Shown piece by piece: positions 9,195-19,159 of a stretch of 64,000 nt of DNA. The notes below the pieces were generated by a model that saw only the letters and a list, made by a program, of their open reading frames with translations, searched no databases and was not told where the DNA came from. The stretch covers positions 12,903 to 76,902 of the forward strand of contig CAVVYR010000031.1 in assembly GCA_963752475.1 (NCBI GenBank), given 5' to 3'. This DNA comes from an uncultured Chloroflexia bacterium. Lineage in GTDB: Bacteria > Chloroflexota > Limnocylindria > Limnocylindrales > CSP1-4. The position numbers and the translations under genes are program-made. Positions within the stretch are counted from its first letter, which is position 1. Each line of letters starts with the position of its first letter.

Positions 9195-9741
9195 GCCGGA
9201 CCCCCTTCCTGCAATGGCAGCCGCGCGTCCGCCTCGAGCGAGGCGCGCATCTGCGTCTTGGTGCGATTGAGTCGGGACTTGACGGTGCCGACCGGCAGGC
9301 TCAGGGCCTGGGCGGTCTCGTGCATCGGCAGCCCCAGGTAGTAGTGCAGGACGATCAGCGCCCGTTGGTCGGGCTCGAGCGTGACGAAGACGCGCGCGAG
9401 CTCGTCATGGTCAGCGATCGCGTGTGCGGGGTCGGCAGCTCGGTATCGATGGGCCGAACCTGGCCTTCCGCGCGCGTGCGCCGCTTCTCCTTGCGTGCTT
9501 CGCGATAGCACGCGTTGACGAGCAGGCGTCGGATCCACGCCTCGAACTTGTCGGGGTCGCGCAGGCCCGCGAGGTCACGCCAGGCGCCGATGAGGGCCTC
9601 CTGGGTGGCGTCATGAGCCCGGTCGTCGTCCCGGAGGATGAGCCGTGCGATGGCGTAGAGCCGGTCGATCTGGCCGCGTCCCAGCTCCGTGAACGCGTCC
9701 CGATCACCCGCCATCGCCCGTTCGACGAGATCCCGCTGCAT
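9191..9741 (-). pseudogene. ECF (sigma-70 family) RNA polymerase sigma factor; one frame break
   Basis: Region 2 is 'MQRDLVERAMAGDRDAFTELGRGQIDRLYAIARLILRDDDRAHDATQEALIGAWRDL' (frame of ORF 9355-9987, ATG 9741). Region 4 is 'DQRALIVLHYYLGLPMHETAQALSLPVGTVKSRLNRT' (ORF 9191-9538). The switch is near 9440. The stop overlaps the anti-sigma ATG (ATGA). Confidence 0.75.
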
Positions 9742-10058
9742 CGGGTCTCCAGTAGCGGCGGCCCACTTGGCCGCTCTCGAACCATAGGGCCCGCTCCAAG
9801 GCGTCGGGTTCCATCTTCGCCTGGAAGGGGAGCGCACGGCGCTCGCCGAGCTCGCGGCGGCCGTGGATGACGTGAGGACCGAGTCAAGAGAGTCGCGGCG
9901 TTGTTGGCTCACCGCACGCCTTGACGTTCCAGTCGGCGACCACGTCGTCGCAGGAGCGGCAAGTGCGGTCGTACGCACGGAGCGCATAGGAGGTGAGTCC
10001 GTTTCAACGATCGTCCTCGGCCAGCTGCGCGGACACCCCGTCGCGTTACACTCGGACG

Positions 10059-10391
10059 ATGTCGTCCCTCAGCGAGCACCTCGACGCACCCCAGTTCACC
10101 GACGAGCACGGTGAGTCGCTGGGCGAGTCCCACATCGGCCGTTTCGGCGGCAATTGGGTCAGGCAGGGCGTGCCGCGCCGCAAGGCCTACCTCTTCTACG
10201 CCATCTGCCTCATCGGCGGCATCGGGCTCATCGTGACCGGAGACGGCTTGGACATCTTCGCCCTGTTCGGCGTGCTCTGCCTGGTCCTGGGCCTCGTTGG
10301 CGGCGCCGAGACCATCCGCAACAAGCCCTTCACGGCTATCTTCGGGGGTCCCGCCAAGCCCAAGGGTGACCCGCCCAAGCCCAAGGGGTAG
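10059..10391 (+). CDS. small membrane protein
   Basis: This is the internal 'MSSLSEHL' start of ORF 9993-10391. It has two predicted TM helices ('AYLFYAICLIGGIGLIVTG' and 'IFALFGVLCLVLGLVGG') and a 'KPKGDPPKPKG' tail. Confidence 0.5.
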   Translation: MSSLSEHLDAPQFTDEHGESLGESHIGRFGGNWVRQGVPRRKAYLFYAICLIGGIGLIVTGDGLDIFALFGVLCLVLGLVGGAETIRNKPFTAIFGGPAKPKGDPPKPKG

Positions 10392-10633
10392 CCGGCACGG
10401 CTATCGAGCACGGGTCCAGATGACTGCCCAGGCGCCAGCGGTCGGGGGCACGAGGTCCCTGCTCGGCGGGCCGTGTCGTCCGTCGAGTCGGGTCCTCCGG
10501 CCCTATCTCCCGACACGCGCCACGCGCATCGTCGGACGCAAGCAGAGCTGGGCAGGCCGTCAATGTGGTCATACGCGCGACGGCTCAGCACCAACGCTCC
10601 CAGCCAGAACATAGCGAGTCGGGAGGCTTGAGG

Positions 10634-11155
10634 ATGCGCACACTGAGAACGGCGCTGGTGGGTCCATTGACCCTCGCACTCATCGTAGGGCTGGGTGGTC
10701 CGACCATCGCACAGGAGGACGACCTCGCCTCCGTGGCCACCTCCGGCACGCTCGAGCTGTCCGAGCCCATGGACGATGCCACCTCGCACGCGGAGGCGGT
10801 CGAGCACGTTCACACCTGGACGGCTGAAGACCCGCGCCTCACGGGCACCGCCACGTACTCCGGAACCTGGCACATCTACGAACCCCCGGCCGAGGACTGC
10901 GACGATCCTGAGGCCGAGGCCGGCGCCTACTACGAGATCGTCAACGACGGCGGCGGCTGGGCCTGTGCCGGGGTGCGTGCGCCGATCCCGGGTCCCGACG
11001 GCGCCACCAACGTGCACGTGCTCGCGCTCAACGGCACAGGCGGATACGAGGGCCTGTATGCCTACATCATGATCGACTGGGGCACCGATCCATTCACCTT
11101 CAGCGCGCTCATCACGCCGAACGACGTGCCCGTCGTCCCGGTGATGCAGGGCTAG
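10634..11155 (+). CDS. secreted hypothetical protein
   Basis: GGGAGG lies 8 nt upstream of the ATG at 10634. The signal peptide is 'MRTLRTALVGPLTLALIVGLGGPTIAQ', followed by an acidic mature domain. Confidence 0.6.
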   Translation: MRTLRTALVGPLTLALIVGLGGPTIAQEDDLASVATSGTLELSEPMDDATSHAEAVEHVHTWTAEDPRLTGTATYSGTWHIYEPPAEDCDDPEAEAGAYYEIVNDGGGWACAGVRAPIPGPDGATNVHVLALNGTGGYEGLYAYIMIDWGTDPFTFSALITPNDVPVVPVMQG

Positions 11156-11499
11156 TCCGACTCCACAGGGGGCGCGAAGTCGACCACCTCGGTCACCTCG
11201 TCTCGGTGATAGGGGATCGGCGTCCCGCGCATGAACCCGCGTGAAGAGGTGACGACGCAGTAGAGCTTGCCGGCCTCGAGGATGGCCACCACGACCTCGT
11301 GGCCATCCTGGCTCTCGACCTGGCCGACCTCATCCTGACGTTCGACGCCGTCGACGTGATGACTCAGCCGCCAGATCCTCCGGGGCGAAGCCGCAAAGCC
11401 GTTGTCGCGGGCGAAGCGCATCACGGCCTCGCGGTACTGCTCCGCCTGCTCGGGTGACGAAGAGCCAGGGAAGAAGAAGCTTGGTGTCTCGCCGGTCAT
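11152..11499 (-). CDS. hypothetical protein (115 aa)
   Basis: 'MTGETPSFFFPGSSSPEQAEQYREAVMRFARDNGF..' is protein-like. It fills the gap between two confident genes. I did not recognise the family. Confidence 0.45.
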   Translation of the reverse strand: MTGETPSFFFPGSSSPEQAEQYREAVMRFARDNGFAASPRRIWRLSHHVDGVERQDEVGQVESQDGHEVVVAILEAGKLYCVVTSSRGFMRGTPIPYHRDEVTEVVDFAPPVESD

Positions 11500-11503
11500 C
11501 GGG

Positions 11504-12286
11504 CTACTCCAGGAAGGTCTCGCGCAGCGAGATGGTCTCTGCGTCCTTGAGGCCCAGGGCATCGCGGAAGTAGCCCTCGACCGACCCGTACTCGCGGTCC
11601 ACGGTCTCGAATGACGCCCCGAGGTACTCACGGCGGGCACCGAACATGCGCTCGATGACGATGCGTTGACCGCCGCGGGCCTCGAAGTCGTCGATGGCGC
11701 CAGCGAAGAACTCACGGATGATCTCATCGCTGACGAGGTAATCCGCGTAGATCTCATCCCTGGGCACACCCAGCAGGTCGAGCAGCGCCGCCACCGCCCA
11801 GCCGGTGCGATCCTTGCCGCCGGTGCAGTGGACCAGCGAGGCGCCATCGGAAGCCGCGAGCGTGCGGAAGAAGCTGGCGTAGGCCTCCCGCGCACTACCG
11901 AGCATCACGAGGTCGTAGTAGGAATTGGCCTGGAACCGGTCCATGTCCTCCACCGTCAGCCGGGTGTCGACCCGCTCCGGCTCGCGAAGGTGAGCGATCA
12001 CGGCATCGATGTCGGCTTTGGCAGCTCTCTCACCATCGGCGAACACGTCGAGGCTCACGAGCTCGGCGCCATGCGGCAGGCGGTCGGGTCGGCGCGCCTG
12101 CTCGTCGCGTCGGCGCATGTCGAAGACGGTCGTGATCCCGAGCCAGACAAGGGTCGCGAGGTCGTCGTCGGAGGCAGCATCGAGCGCGACCGAGCGGAAC
12201 AGGCGGCCGGTTCTGACGCGCCGACCGTCGAGGGTCACATACCCACCGACATCGCGGAAGTTAGGAATCGTCTCCAGGCGAGGCAT
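11504..12286 (-). CDS. protein-tyrosine phosphatase (CX5R)
   Basis: 'MPRLETIPNFRDVGGY' at the N-terminus and the active-site loop 'HCTGGKDRTG'. Confidence 0.85.
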   Translation of the reverse strand: MPRLETIPNFRDVGGYVTLDGRRVRTGRLFRSVALDAASDDDLATLVWLGITTVFDMRRRDEQARRPDRLPHGAELVSLDVFADGERAAKADIDAVIAHLREPERVDTRLTVEDMDRFQANSYYDLVMLGSAREAYASFFRTLAASDGASLVHCTGGKDRTGWAVAALLDLLGVPRDEIYADYLVSDEIIREFFAGAIDDFEARGGQRIVIERMFGARREYLGASFETVDREYGSVEGYFRDALGLKDAETISLRETFLE

Positions 12287-12550
12287 CGTTGCGCTAGGCA
12301 CGCCCACGCCGGATCGGGCCAAGGGCGAGCCTGAGCGACAGCGCGATCGTGGACAGCCACGGAGGGGCCGTACGGTTCTTGGTAGGCAAGGGAGACCTCG
12401 GCTTCGACGACACAAGACGCGCACACCCTTGGGCGCGCCTATGAGCGGGATTGTGCCACCACCACGACGCGGTCGCCGATTCCAAGGGGCCCGGAATTGC
12501 GGGCCATCGGGACCTCTCGGCACAGCGCTGGCCGACGTACGCTAGCCCTC

Positions 12551-13524
12551 ATGATCTCGACCTCGCGATCGACGCCTTCTCACGCGTGCTCCCCGTCCTG
12601 CTGCTGGTGGGACTCGGTGCACTGTTCCGCCGTTCGAGCTTCCTCGGGCTCGGGCGCCATCGACGGGCTTCGCAAGCTCGTTCTCAACGTGACGCTGCCG
12701 GCGGCGCTCTTCCTGGCCTTCCTGGGCACGGAGATGGAGGCGCAGTACGCGGTCATCATCGTCAGCGTCTTCGGCGCGTGTCTCATCGTGCTGGCGCTGG
12801 GGCCAAGGCTGCGTCGCGGCGCCGGCGTCGGGAGCGAGGCCATGCCCAGCCTGATGGCGGGCTTCGAGGCCGGGATGATCGGCTACGCGCTCTACTCGGC
12901 CATCTTCGGGGCGGAGAACCTCTACCGCTTCGCGGTGGTGGACCTGGGGCAGGTGGTGTTCGTGTTCTTCGTGCTCGCGCCGGTGGTCATGCGCTGGGCC
13001 AGTGGGCAGACGCCACCTATCGCAGAGACAGCTGCTGCCTTCGTGAAGACACCGGTGATCATCGCCATCGTGGCTGGCGTGGCCGGTAGCGTCGCGGGGC
13101 TGGCCGAGCCGATCGCGTCCAACCCCATCACCAACGCCGGGCTGGAGACGCTGGCCATGCTGGCCGCGGTGACGACACCGCCATCGCCATCGTCATCGGC
13201 TACTCGACCTCGTTCTCAGCCGGCTCCCTCAGCGATCCGATCCGCACCGTTGCCGTGCGCTACCCCATCTGGATCGTGGCCGCCGCGGTCTTCAACTGGC
13301 TCGTCATCGACGCGCTGCTGGGGCTGGACCGCCTCTTCCAGGCGGCGGTCATGACGATGGCGGTGCTGCCGCCGCCGTTCGTCGTGCCGCTGTACATGGC
13401 TCGTGCGCGGGGGAGGGACGTGAGCGACGATCCCGACCATGACTACCTCGCCAACACGCTCTCGCTGGCGACGATCGTGACGCTCGTGGCCATCACCGTG
13501 GTGGGAGTCGTCTACGCGACGTAA
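12551..13524 (+). pseudogene. AEC (auxin-efflux-carrier) family transporter; three frame breaks
   Basis: The ATG is at 12551. 'DLDLAIDAFSRVLPVLLLVGLGALFRRSSFLGLG' is read one frame off (12553 to about 12655). It then continues as 'AIDGLRKLVLNVTLPAALFLAF..' (ORF 12497-13354). A further switch near 13170 leads to 'AIAIVIGYSTSF..RYPIWIVAAAVFNWLVIDALLGL..LPPPFVVPLYM' (ORF 13255-13524 frame). Confidence 0.7.
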
Positions 13525-13625
13525 CGCGGTGCCACCTTCTGGTCACGCATCCGCTCTGAGTCCATAGGCAGGCGCTAACACCGTGGGCTGGTGCTGCGCA
13601 TGTGGAGAACCGACGAACGCGCCGC

Positions 13626-14012
13626 CTAGTGGCCGACGATGGTGGCGAAACGCTGGTGGTACTCCGGCGGCTCGAGCGCGCTGCCGAAGTAGTAGTCGAC
13701 CTCGATGATGGAGCCCGCGTCCAGGCGCACGATGGCCACGATGTGGTCCGGTCCATGGGCACCGGCGGCATCCTCGATCACGCCTTGGCCGATCCACATG
13801 GCCGACTCGCCGGTGACCTTGCGCCACTCCACGCGCGGCGCCTCACCGGTTCGGCTGCGGTACATGCCCATGATGCGTTCGCGGCCGACGAACTTCTCAC
13901 CCATCTGCGGACGGCCTTCGACCGCCCCGGGGGCCAGCAGCGACTCATACGTGTCCAGGTCCCACTCCGCGAACGCGCGTAGGAACTTGCGGGCGACGAC
14001 GCCCTCTTTCAT
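13626..14012 (-). CDS. NTF2/SnoaL-like small protein
   Basis: These are the last 128 codons of the 1044-aa minus-strand ORF: 'MKEGVVARKFLRAFAEWDLDTYESLLAPGAVEG..IVAIVRLDAGSIIEVDYYF'. The ATG is at 14012. The rest of that long ORF is antisense shadow. Confidence 0.5.
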   Translation of the reverse strand: MKEGVVARKFLRAFAEWDLDTYESLLAPGAVEGRPQMGEKFVGRERIMGMYRSRTGEAPRVEWRKVTGESAMWIGQGVIEDAAGAHGPDHIVAIVRLDAGSIIEVDYYFGSALEPPEYHQRFATIVGH

Positions 14013-14210
14013 GTAGCTCGTACCTCCTGTCAGGTACGAGCATCGTAGCCGCTCAGCCGCGAATCGACGACCTTGGCGGTGAACGACCAGCGCGCACCAT
14101 CCGCTCGCGAGGCACACCGCACCCCGCGGCCCGCCGGGACCCATCGGCCCGCCCGTCGATGACCCGTGGACCGCGCCAGAGGGTAGACCGGCCCATCCGA
14201 CCACTCGGGT

Positions 14211-16984
14211 GTGACCGATACCATCGGAGCCACGATGACCGATACAGCCGCAACCCCACCCGTCCAGGACGATACGTCCAAGTCCCAGAAGGTCGTGCGC
14301 AGCTCGCTCAAGACCTTCTTCAAGCCGCAGTCCGTGGCCCTCATCGGCGCCACCGAGAAGGCCGGATCCGTCGGCCGCACCATCCTCAGCAACCTCATCG
14401 CCAGCCCCTTCGGCGGGACCGTCTACCCCGTCAACCCCAAGCGCCCCAGCGTCCTGGGCGTCCAGGCCCACAAGTCCATCTCGACCATCCCCGAGAAGGT
14501 CGACCTCGCGGTCATCGTGACCCCTCCCAAGTCGATCCCCGGCATCATCGAGGAGTGTGGTGAGGCCGGCGTGCCCACCGCCATCGTCATCTCCGCCGGC
14601 TTCAAGGAGGTCGGTGAGGAAGGCGCCCAGCTCGAGCGCGAGCTCGTGGCCAAGGCCCGCGAGTACGGCATGCGCATCATCGGCCCCAACTGCCTCGGCG
14701 TGATGAGCCCGGTCTCCGGCCTCAACGCCACGTTCGCGGCGGGCATGGCCAACAAGGGTCGCGTCAGCTTCATCGGTCAGTCCGGCGCGCTCATCACGGC
14801 CATCCTCGACTGGAGCCTGCGCGAGGGCGCCGGCTTCAGCTCCATCGTCTCGCTCGGCTCCATGGCCGACGTCGGCTGGGGCGACCTCATCGACTACCTC
14901 GGTGACGACCCGGACACCGACGCCATCGTCATCTACATGGAGACCGTGGGCGACGCCCGCGCCTTCCTGAGCGCCGTCCGTGAGGTCGCGCTGCAGAAGC
15001 CCATCATCGTCATGAAGCCCGGTCGCACCGAGGAAGCCTCGCGCGCGGCGGCGAGCCACACCGGTTCCATGACCGGCTCCGACGAGGTCCTCGACACGGC
15101 TTTCCGTCGCACCGGCGTGCTCCGTGCCGACCGCATCAGCGACCTCTTCTACTTCGCCGAGATCCTGGGCAAGCAGCCCCTGCCCAAGGGCGACAACCTG
15201 ACCATCGTGACCAACGCCGGCGGTCCCGGCGTGCTCGCGACCGACGCGCTCATCGGCAACGGCGGCCAGCTCACCAAGCTCTCGGAGGAGACCATCGCCA
15301 AGCTCGACGAGGTCCTGCCGGCGACCTGGCCCAAGGACAACCCCGTCGACATCATCGGTGACGCCCCGCCCGATCGCTACGCGGCCGCCCTCGACATCAT
15401 CAAGAAGGACGACGAGAGCGACGGCCTGCTGGTCATCCTCACGCCCCAGGCGATGACGGACCCGACCAAGACCGCGCGCGAGATCATCCCCTACACCTCC
15501 GACTCCGAGAAGCCGATCATGGTCAGCTGGATGGGCGGCAGCGAGATCGAAGCCGGCGAGCGCCTGCTGGGCGAGGCCGGCCTGGCCACGTTCCCGTACC
15601 CAGACAGCGCGGCCAAGATGTTCACCGAGCTGGTGGCCTACGGTGAGAACCTCAAGTCGCTGTACGAGACCCCGGGCCTGACGCCCGACTGGGTCCGCCG
15701 CCCGCAGCGCAAGCGAGCCAAGAAGCTCATCGATAACGCCCGCGCCGAGGGTCGGACCACGCTGTCCGAGCCCGAGTCGAAGGAGCTGCTCGACGCCTAC
15801 GGCATCCCCGTGGCGGAGACGCGTGTCGCGCCCACGGTCGAGGAGGCCGTGGCCGCGGCCGAGGACATCGGCTACCCGGTGGTGGTCAAGCTCGTGAGCC
15901 ACACCATCACCCACAAGTCGGACGTCGGTGGCGTGCGCCTCGACCTGCCCGACGCGGACGCCGTCCGCGCTGCCTTCCGCATCATCGAGACGAACGTGTC
16001 GGAGCGCTACAGCGCCAGCGACTTCGAGGGTGTCTCGGTGCAGCCGATGATCGAGCGCAGCGGCTACGAGCTCATCCTCGGCAGCAGCATCGATCCACAG
16101 TTCGGCCCGGTGCTCCTGTTCGGCCTCGGCGGCACGCTGGTGGAGGTCTTCAAGGACAGCGCCCTCGGCCTGCCGCCGCTGACCGCGACGCTCGCGCGCC
16201 GCATGATGGAGCGGACCAAGATCTACACCGCGCTCAAGGGCGTTCGCGGCCAGGAGAGCGTGGACATGGCTGCCCTCGAGCAGCTGCTGGTCCGCTTCAG
16301 CGAACTGGTCGTGGAGCAGCCGGCCATCGCCGAGCTCGACATCAACCCACTGCTGGCGTCGCCCGAGCGGCTGATGGCCCTCGACGCTCGCGTCATCCTC
16401 CACCCGAGCGATGTCGCCGACGAGGACCTGCCCAAGACGGCCATCCGGCCCTATCCGCGCAAGTACGTGCAGAACTGGAAGACCGAGACCGGCATCGACT
16501 TCGTCATCCGGCCCATCCGGCCCGAGGACGAGTCGCTGGTGGTGGACTTCCACGGCCGCCTCAGCAACGAGACGGTCTACCAGCGCTACTTCACCAAGCT
16601 GGGCTACGAGCAGCGCGTGGCACACGAGCGCCTGGTGCGCGTCTGCTTCACCGACTACGACCGCGAGATCGCGCTGGTGGCGGAGCGGCTCGACCCCGAG
16701 ACCGACAAGCTCTGCATCGCCTGCGATCGCCCGGCTCATCCGCCTGCACAACTCCAACACCGCCGAGTTCAGCCTGATCGTCGGCTGACGACTACCAGGG
16801 TCACGGCCTCGGGACGGAGATGGTTCGTCGCCTCATCGAGGTCGGCAAGCAGGAGGACATCGACAAGATGGTCGCTGAGATCCTCGGCGCCAACGGTGGC
16901 ATGGTCCGCATCTGCGAAGAGCTCGGCTTCACCATCACCCTCGACGACGACGGTGAGACCGTCCAGGCGGAGCTCGAGCTCTAG
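14211..16984 (+). pseudogene. Pat-like bifunctional ADP-forming acyl-CoA synthetase / GNAT acetyltransferase; GNAT part broken by two shifts
   Basis: CoA-binding and succinyl-CoA-synthetase-like segments are present ('[18 protein letters not shown]', 'IIGPNCLGV', 'FIGQSGAL', '[12 protein letters not shown]') along with an ATP-grasp part. The GNAT tail jumps frame at about 16720 ('[19 protein letters not shown]', ORF 16411-16788 frame). It jumps again at about 16786 ('[24 protein letters not shown]', stop TAG 16982-16984). Confidence 0.85.
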
Positions 16985-17059
16985 TCCCACTCAGGCGCCG
17001 GGTCCGGCCGGCGCAGCAGCCACGGACGACCGACCGCCGTCCTCATCGAGAGGGCGGCG

Positions 17060-17091
17060 GTCCTTCTGTCTGCACACAAAGACAGAAGGAC
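17060..17091. terminator. 12-bp perfect hairpin between convergent genes
   Basis: GTCCTTCTGTCT-gcacacaa-AGACAGAAGGAC. Confidence 0.55.
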
Positions 17092-17092
17092 A

Positions 17093-17115
17093 CCCGGTCG
17101 GATCGTCCGACCGGG
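17093..17115. terminator. 10-bp perfect hairpin immediately adjacent to the first
   Basis: CCCGGTCGGA-tcg-TCCGACCGGG. Confidence 0.5.
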
Positions 17116-17140
17116 TGTGTGGTGTGGTGAGAGGTGCGCG

Positions 17141-17632
17141 CTACGCCAACGCGGGCTGAGCCATGGCCTGGCGAGCGCCAGCTCCGTGGGCAGCCTGGGC
17201 GACCTTGCGTGCCCAGATCGGCGCCCGTTCCAGCTCGCCGTAGAAGAGGCTCGGCTTGCCGGAGACCTTGAACGACTCGGGGTCGACGAGGATGTTGGCG
17301 CCGGCATCGACGAGCTGGCGGCGGATTCCGAGGGCGGCGGAGCCACTCAGCATCCGAGGCCAGGCCAGGCGCGTGTCGAAGGACGCAGCGTCGATGCCAC
17401 GCAGCGCGTGGGACGGCAGGCGATCGAAGAAGGCACAGACCGGGGGTGAGGCATTGCGTCCTTCGGTGGGACTCCCGACCAAGAGCAGGTCGCACTGATC
17501 CCAGACCGTGGCTGAGGCATCCTCAGCGGCCACGAGACGGACCGGACCATACTCCTCGAGCGCACCAGCGATCGCCTGCGCGATCCCTCTGGTGTTGCCG
17601 CTCCGAGAGCCATAGACGACGACGGACTTCAC
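17141..17632 (-). CDS. flavodoxin-family protein
   Basis: GTG at 17632 has GGAGG 7 nt upstream. '[22 protein letters not shown]' matches the flavodoxin T/S-x-T-G-x-T-type FMN loop. '[10 protein letters not shown]' is also present. Confidence 0.75.
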   Translation of the reverse strand: MKSVVVYGSRSGNTRGIAQAIAGALEEYGPVRLVAAEDASATVWDQCDLLLVGSPTEGRNASPPVCAFFDRLPSHALRGIDAASFDTRLAWPRMLSGSAALGIRRQLVDAGANILVDPESFKVSGKPSLFYGELERAPIWARKVAQAAHGAGARQAMAQPALA

Positions 17633-17675
17633 GATGTACCTCCGACCGAGGACCCAGCGCCCTCGAATGCCTGGA

Positions 17676-17897
17676 CTAGGGATTGGACGCGGTCTGCTCG
17701 TTCGTGAGTCCGGGGTCAGGTGTAAGGCGAGGTTGGGCACCGCTCGTCTGGGAAGGCGTGCCTCGGACGGAGACGTGGCTGTAGCCGCAGGGGAGGGCGG
17801 TCCGGATATCGATCGCGTCGGGATAGGCGCAACCGAGGTTCACGATCCGTTCATCCGTCGTCACACGCTTCTCAGCATCGACGACATCCAACGCCAC
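17676..17897 (-). CDS. hypothetical small protein (73 aa)
   Basis: GGAAGGAGG lies 8 nt upstream of an in-frame GTG at 17897. The sequence is 'VALDVVDAEKRVTTDERIVNLGCAYPDAIDIRTALPCGYSHVSV..'. I did not recognise any family. Confidence 0.3.
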   Translation of the reverse strand: MALDVVDAEKRVTTDERIVNLGCAYPDAIDIRTALPCGYSHVSVRGTPSQTSGAQPRLTPDPGLTNEQTASNP

Positions 17898-18025
17898 GAT
17901 CCGGGCCTCCTTCCTGCAACCATTCTGCAACCCGGGCGCAACCTTCTCTATGGGCCGTTCAGCACATCCGGAAGTGACACTTCGGCTATTCCGTAATCGT
18001 TTTCATGAGCGTGGAGCGGGCGACC

Positions 18026-19066
18026 CTAGTCGTCCATCGAGTCGGACTCGACCGGCTTGCTGCGGTACCGGGTCACGAGCTCGCGGACGGCCGGCTGGTT
18101 GCGCACTGGTGGCAGGCCCTGCTCCATCAACGCGAGGTCATCGAGCACCATCTCGCCGATGTCGTCGAAGGCCTGTGGGATGCCGCCAGCTCGATGGGCC
18201 TGCAGCACCATGTTCTCGACCCCACGCGCGGGATGGTCGGCCGGAGCTGGCTCATCCGGCCAGACGTCGGTGGCGGCGTAGAAGCGGCCCTCGTCGACGT
18301 AGCGCACCATGGCCTCGAAGTCCACCACCGCGGCGCGGCTGGAGAGGATGAGGCGGGCGCCTTGCGGGATGCGGCGCATGTTCTCGGCGTTGAGCAGGTG
18401 GGTCGACTCATCGGTGACGGTGGCAAGCACGAAGAGGAACGTGGATCCGGCCATGGCCTCCTCCAGCGAAGCCGGGACCATGCCGGCGTCGCGGATGACC
18501 GCATCCGGCAGCCAGGGGTCATAGCAGCGCACGACGGAGGGACGGAAGGGCTCGAGCAGGGGCAGTAGCCTGCGGCCGATGTTGCCGTAGCCGAGGATGC
18601 CCATGGGCGCTCCGCGCAGCAGGATCGCGTCGCCGGTCGACTGGAAGACGTAGCCCTCACGCCCTTCGCGGAAGGCGCGATCCTCGCGGCTGATCCCACG
18701 CGCGAGGTCGATGGCCAACCCGAGGGAGAACTCGGCTACTGCCTGGGCATACGTGGGCATGCAGGCGACGACGTTGACGCCACGTTCGAAGCAGGCCTCG
18801 TAGTCGACGTTCTGGAAGAAGTTGCCCTCGACGTTGAGGATGCCGCGCAGCTTGGGTGCTCGCTCGAGGCGCTCGCGTGGCAGGTCCGGCTGGCCGATGA
18901 TGGCGAACACGTCCGGCAGGCAGGACTCGATGAGCTCCTCGGAGGGGTCTGCCTCGCCGTCGATGACGGTGTAGCGGTCGCGTAGTCGCCGCAGCGCATC
19001 GTCGGTGAAGATGCGGCTGGTGTTCTGCGGCGCGGGTCGCAGCAGGACCACGGGCTTGTCGGACAT
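18026..19066 (-). CDS. D-isomer-specific 2-hydroxyacid dehydrogenase family protein
   Basis: 'MSDKPVVLL' start at 19066. The NAD-binding 'GILGYGNIGRRL' (GxGxxG) is present, plus 'SRAAVVD' and 'DVWPDEP'. Confidence 0.85.
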   Translation of the reverse strand: MSDKPVVLLRPAPQNTSRIFTDDALRRLRDRYTVIDGEADPSEELIESCLPDVFAIIGQPDLPRERLERAPKLRGILNVEGNFFQNVDYEACFERGVNVVACMPTYAQAVAEFSLGLAIDLARGISREDRAFREGREGYVFQSTGDAILLRGAPMGILGYGNIGRRLLPLLEPFRPSVVRCYDPWLPDAVIRDAGMVPASLEEAMAGSTFLFVLATVTDESTHLLNAENMRRIPQGARLILSSRAAVVDFEAMVRYVDEGRFYAATDVWPDEPAPADHPARGVENMVLQAHRAGGIPQAFDDIGEMVLDDLALMEQGLPPVRNQPAVRELVTRYRSKPVESDSMDD

Positions 19067-19159
19067 CGGGACCCTCCGGGGCTTGGCGTGCGGTCGATGT
19101 GTCGAGGGTACCCCTCGCACGACCGCGAAGCTGCGAGCTCGTCGCTAGAATCGGCCGAT

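Noticed and set aside
9742-9990. A search for an ECF-type autoregulatory promoter (GGAAC-N16/17-CGT) upstream of the sigma gene.
   Set aside because: Two GGAAC strings exist on the minus strand (about 9811 and about 9929), but neither has a CGT-type -10 element at the right spacing. No promoter is claimed.
7431-10700. Possible paralogy of the two small secreted proteins, because both start 'MRTLR..LV......GGLGG/GLGG..AQ(D/E)(E/D)'.
   Set aside because: The similarity is confined to the signal peptides. The mature regions do not align by eye.
14013-16760. The upstream roughly 915 codons of the 1044-aa minus-strand ORF (13626-16760).
   Set aside because: It is antisense to the well-supported Pat-like gene. 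Its translation is the Arg/Gly/Asp/Leu-rich pattern typical of shadow ORFs in high-GC DNA. Only the last 128 codons (13626-14012) look like a real protein.
16700-16800. Programmed ribosomal frameshifting as an explanation for the frame hops here and at the other break sites.
   Set aside because: There are no slippery heptamers or downstream pseudoknot-like structures at the breaks. The breaks occur in many unrelated genes and in both directions. Decay or assembly indels are more parsimonious.
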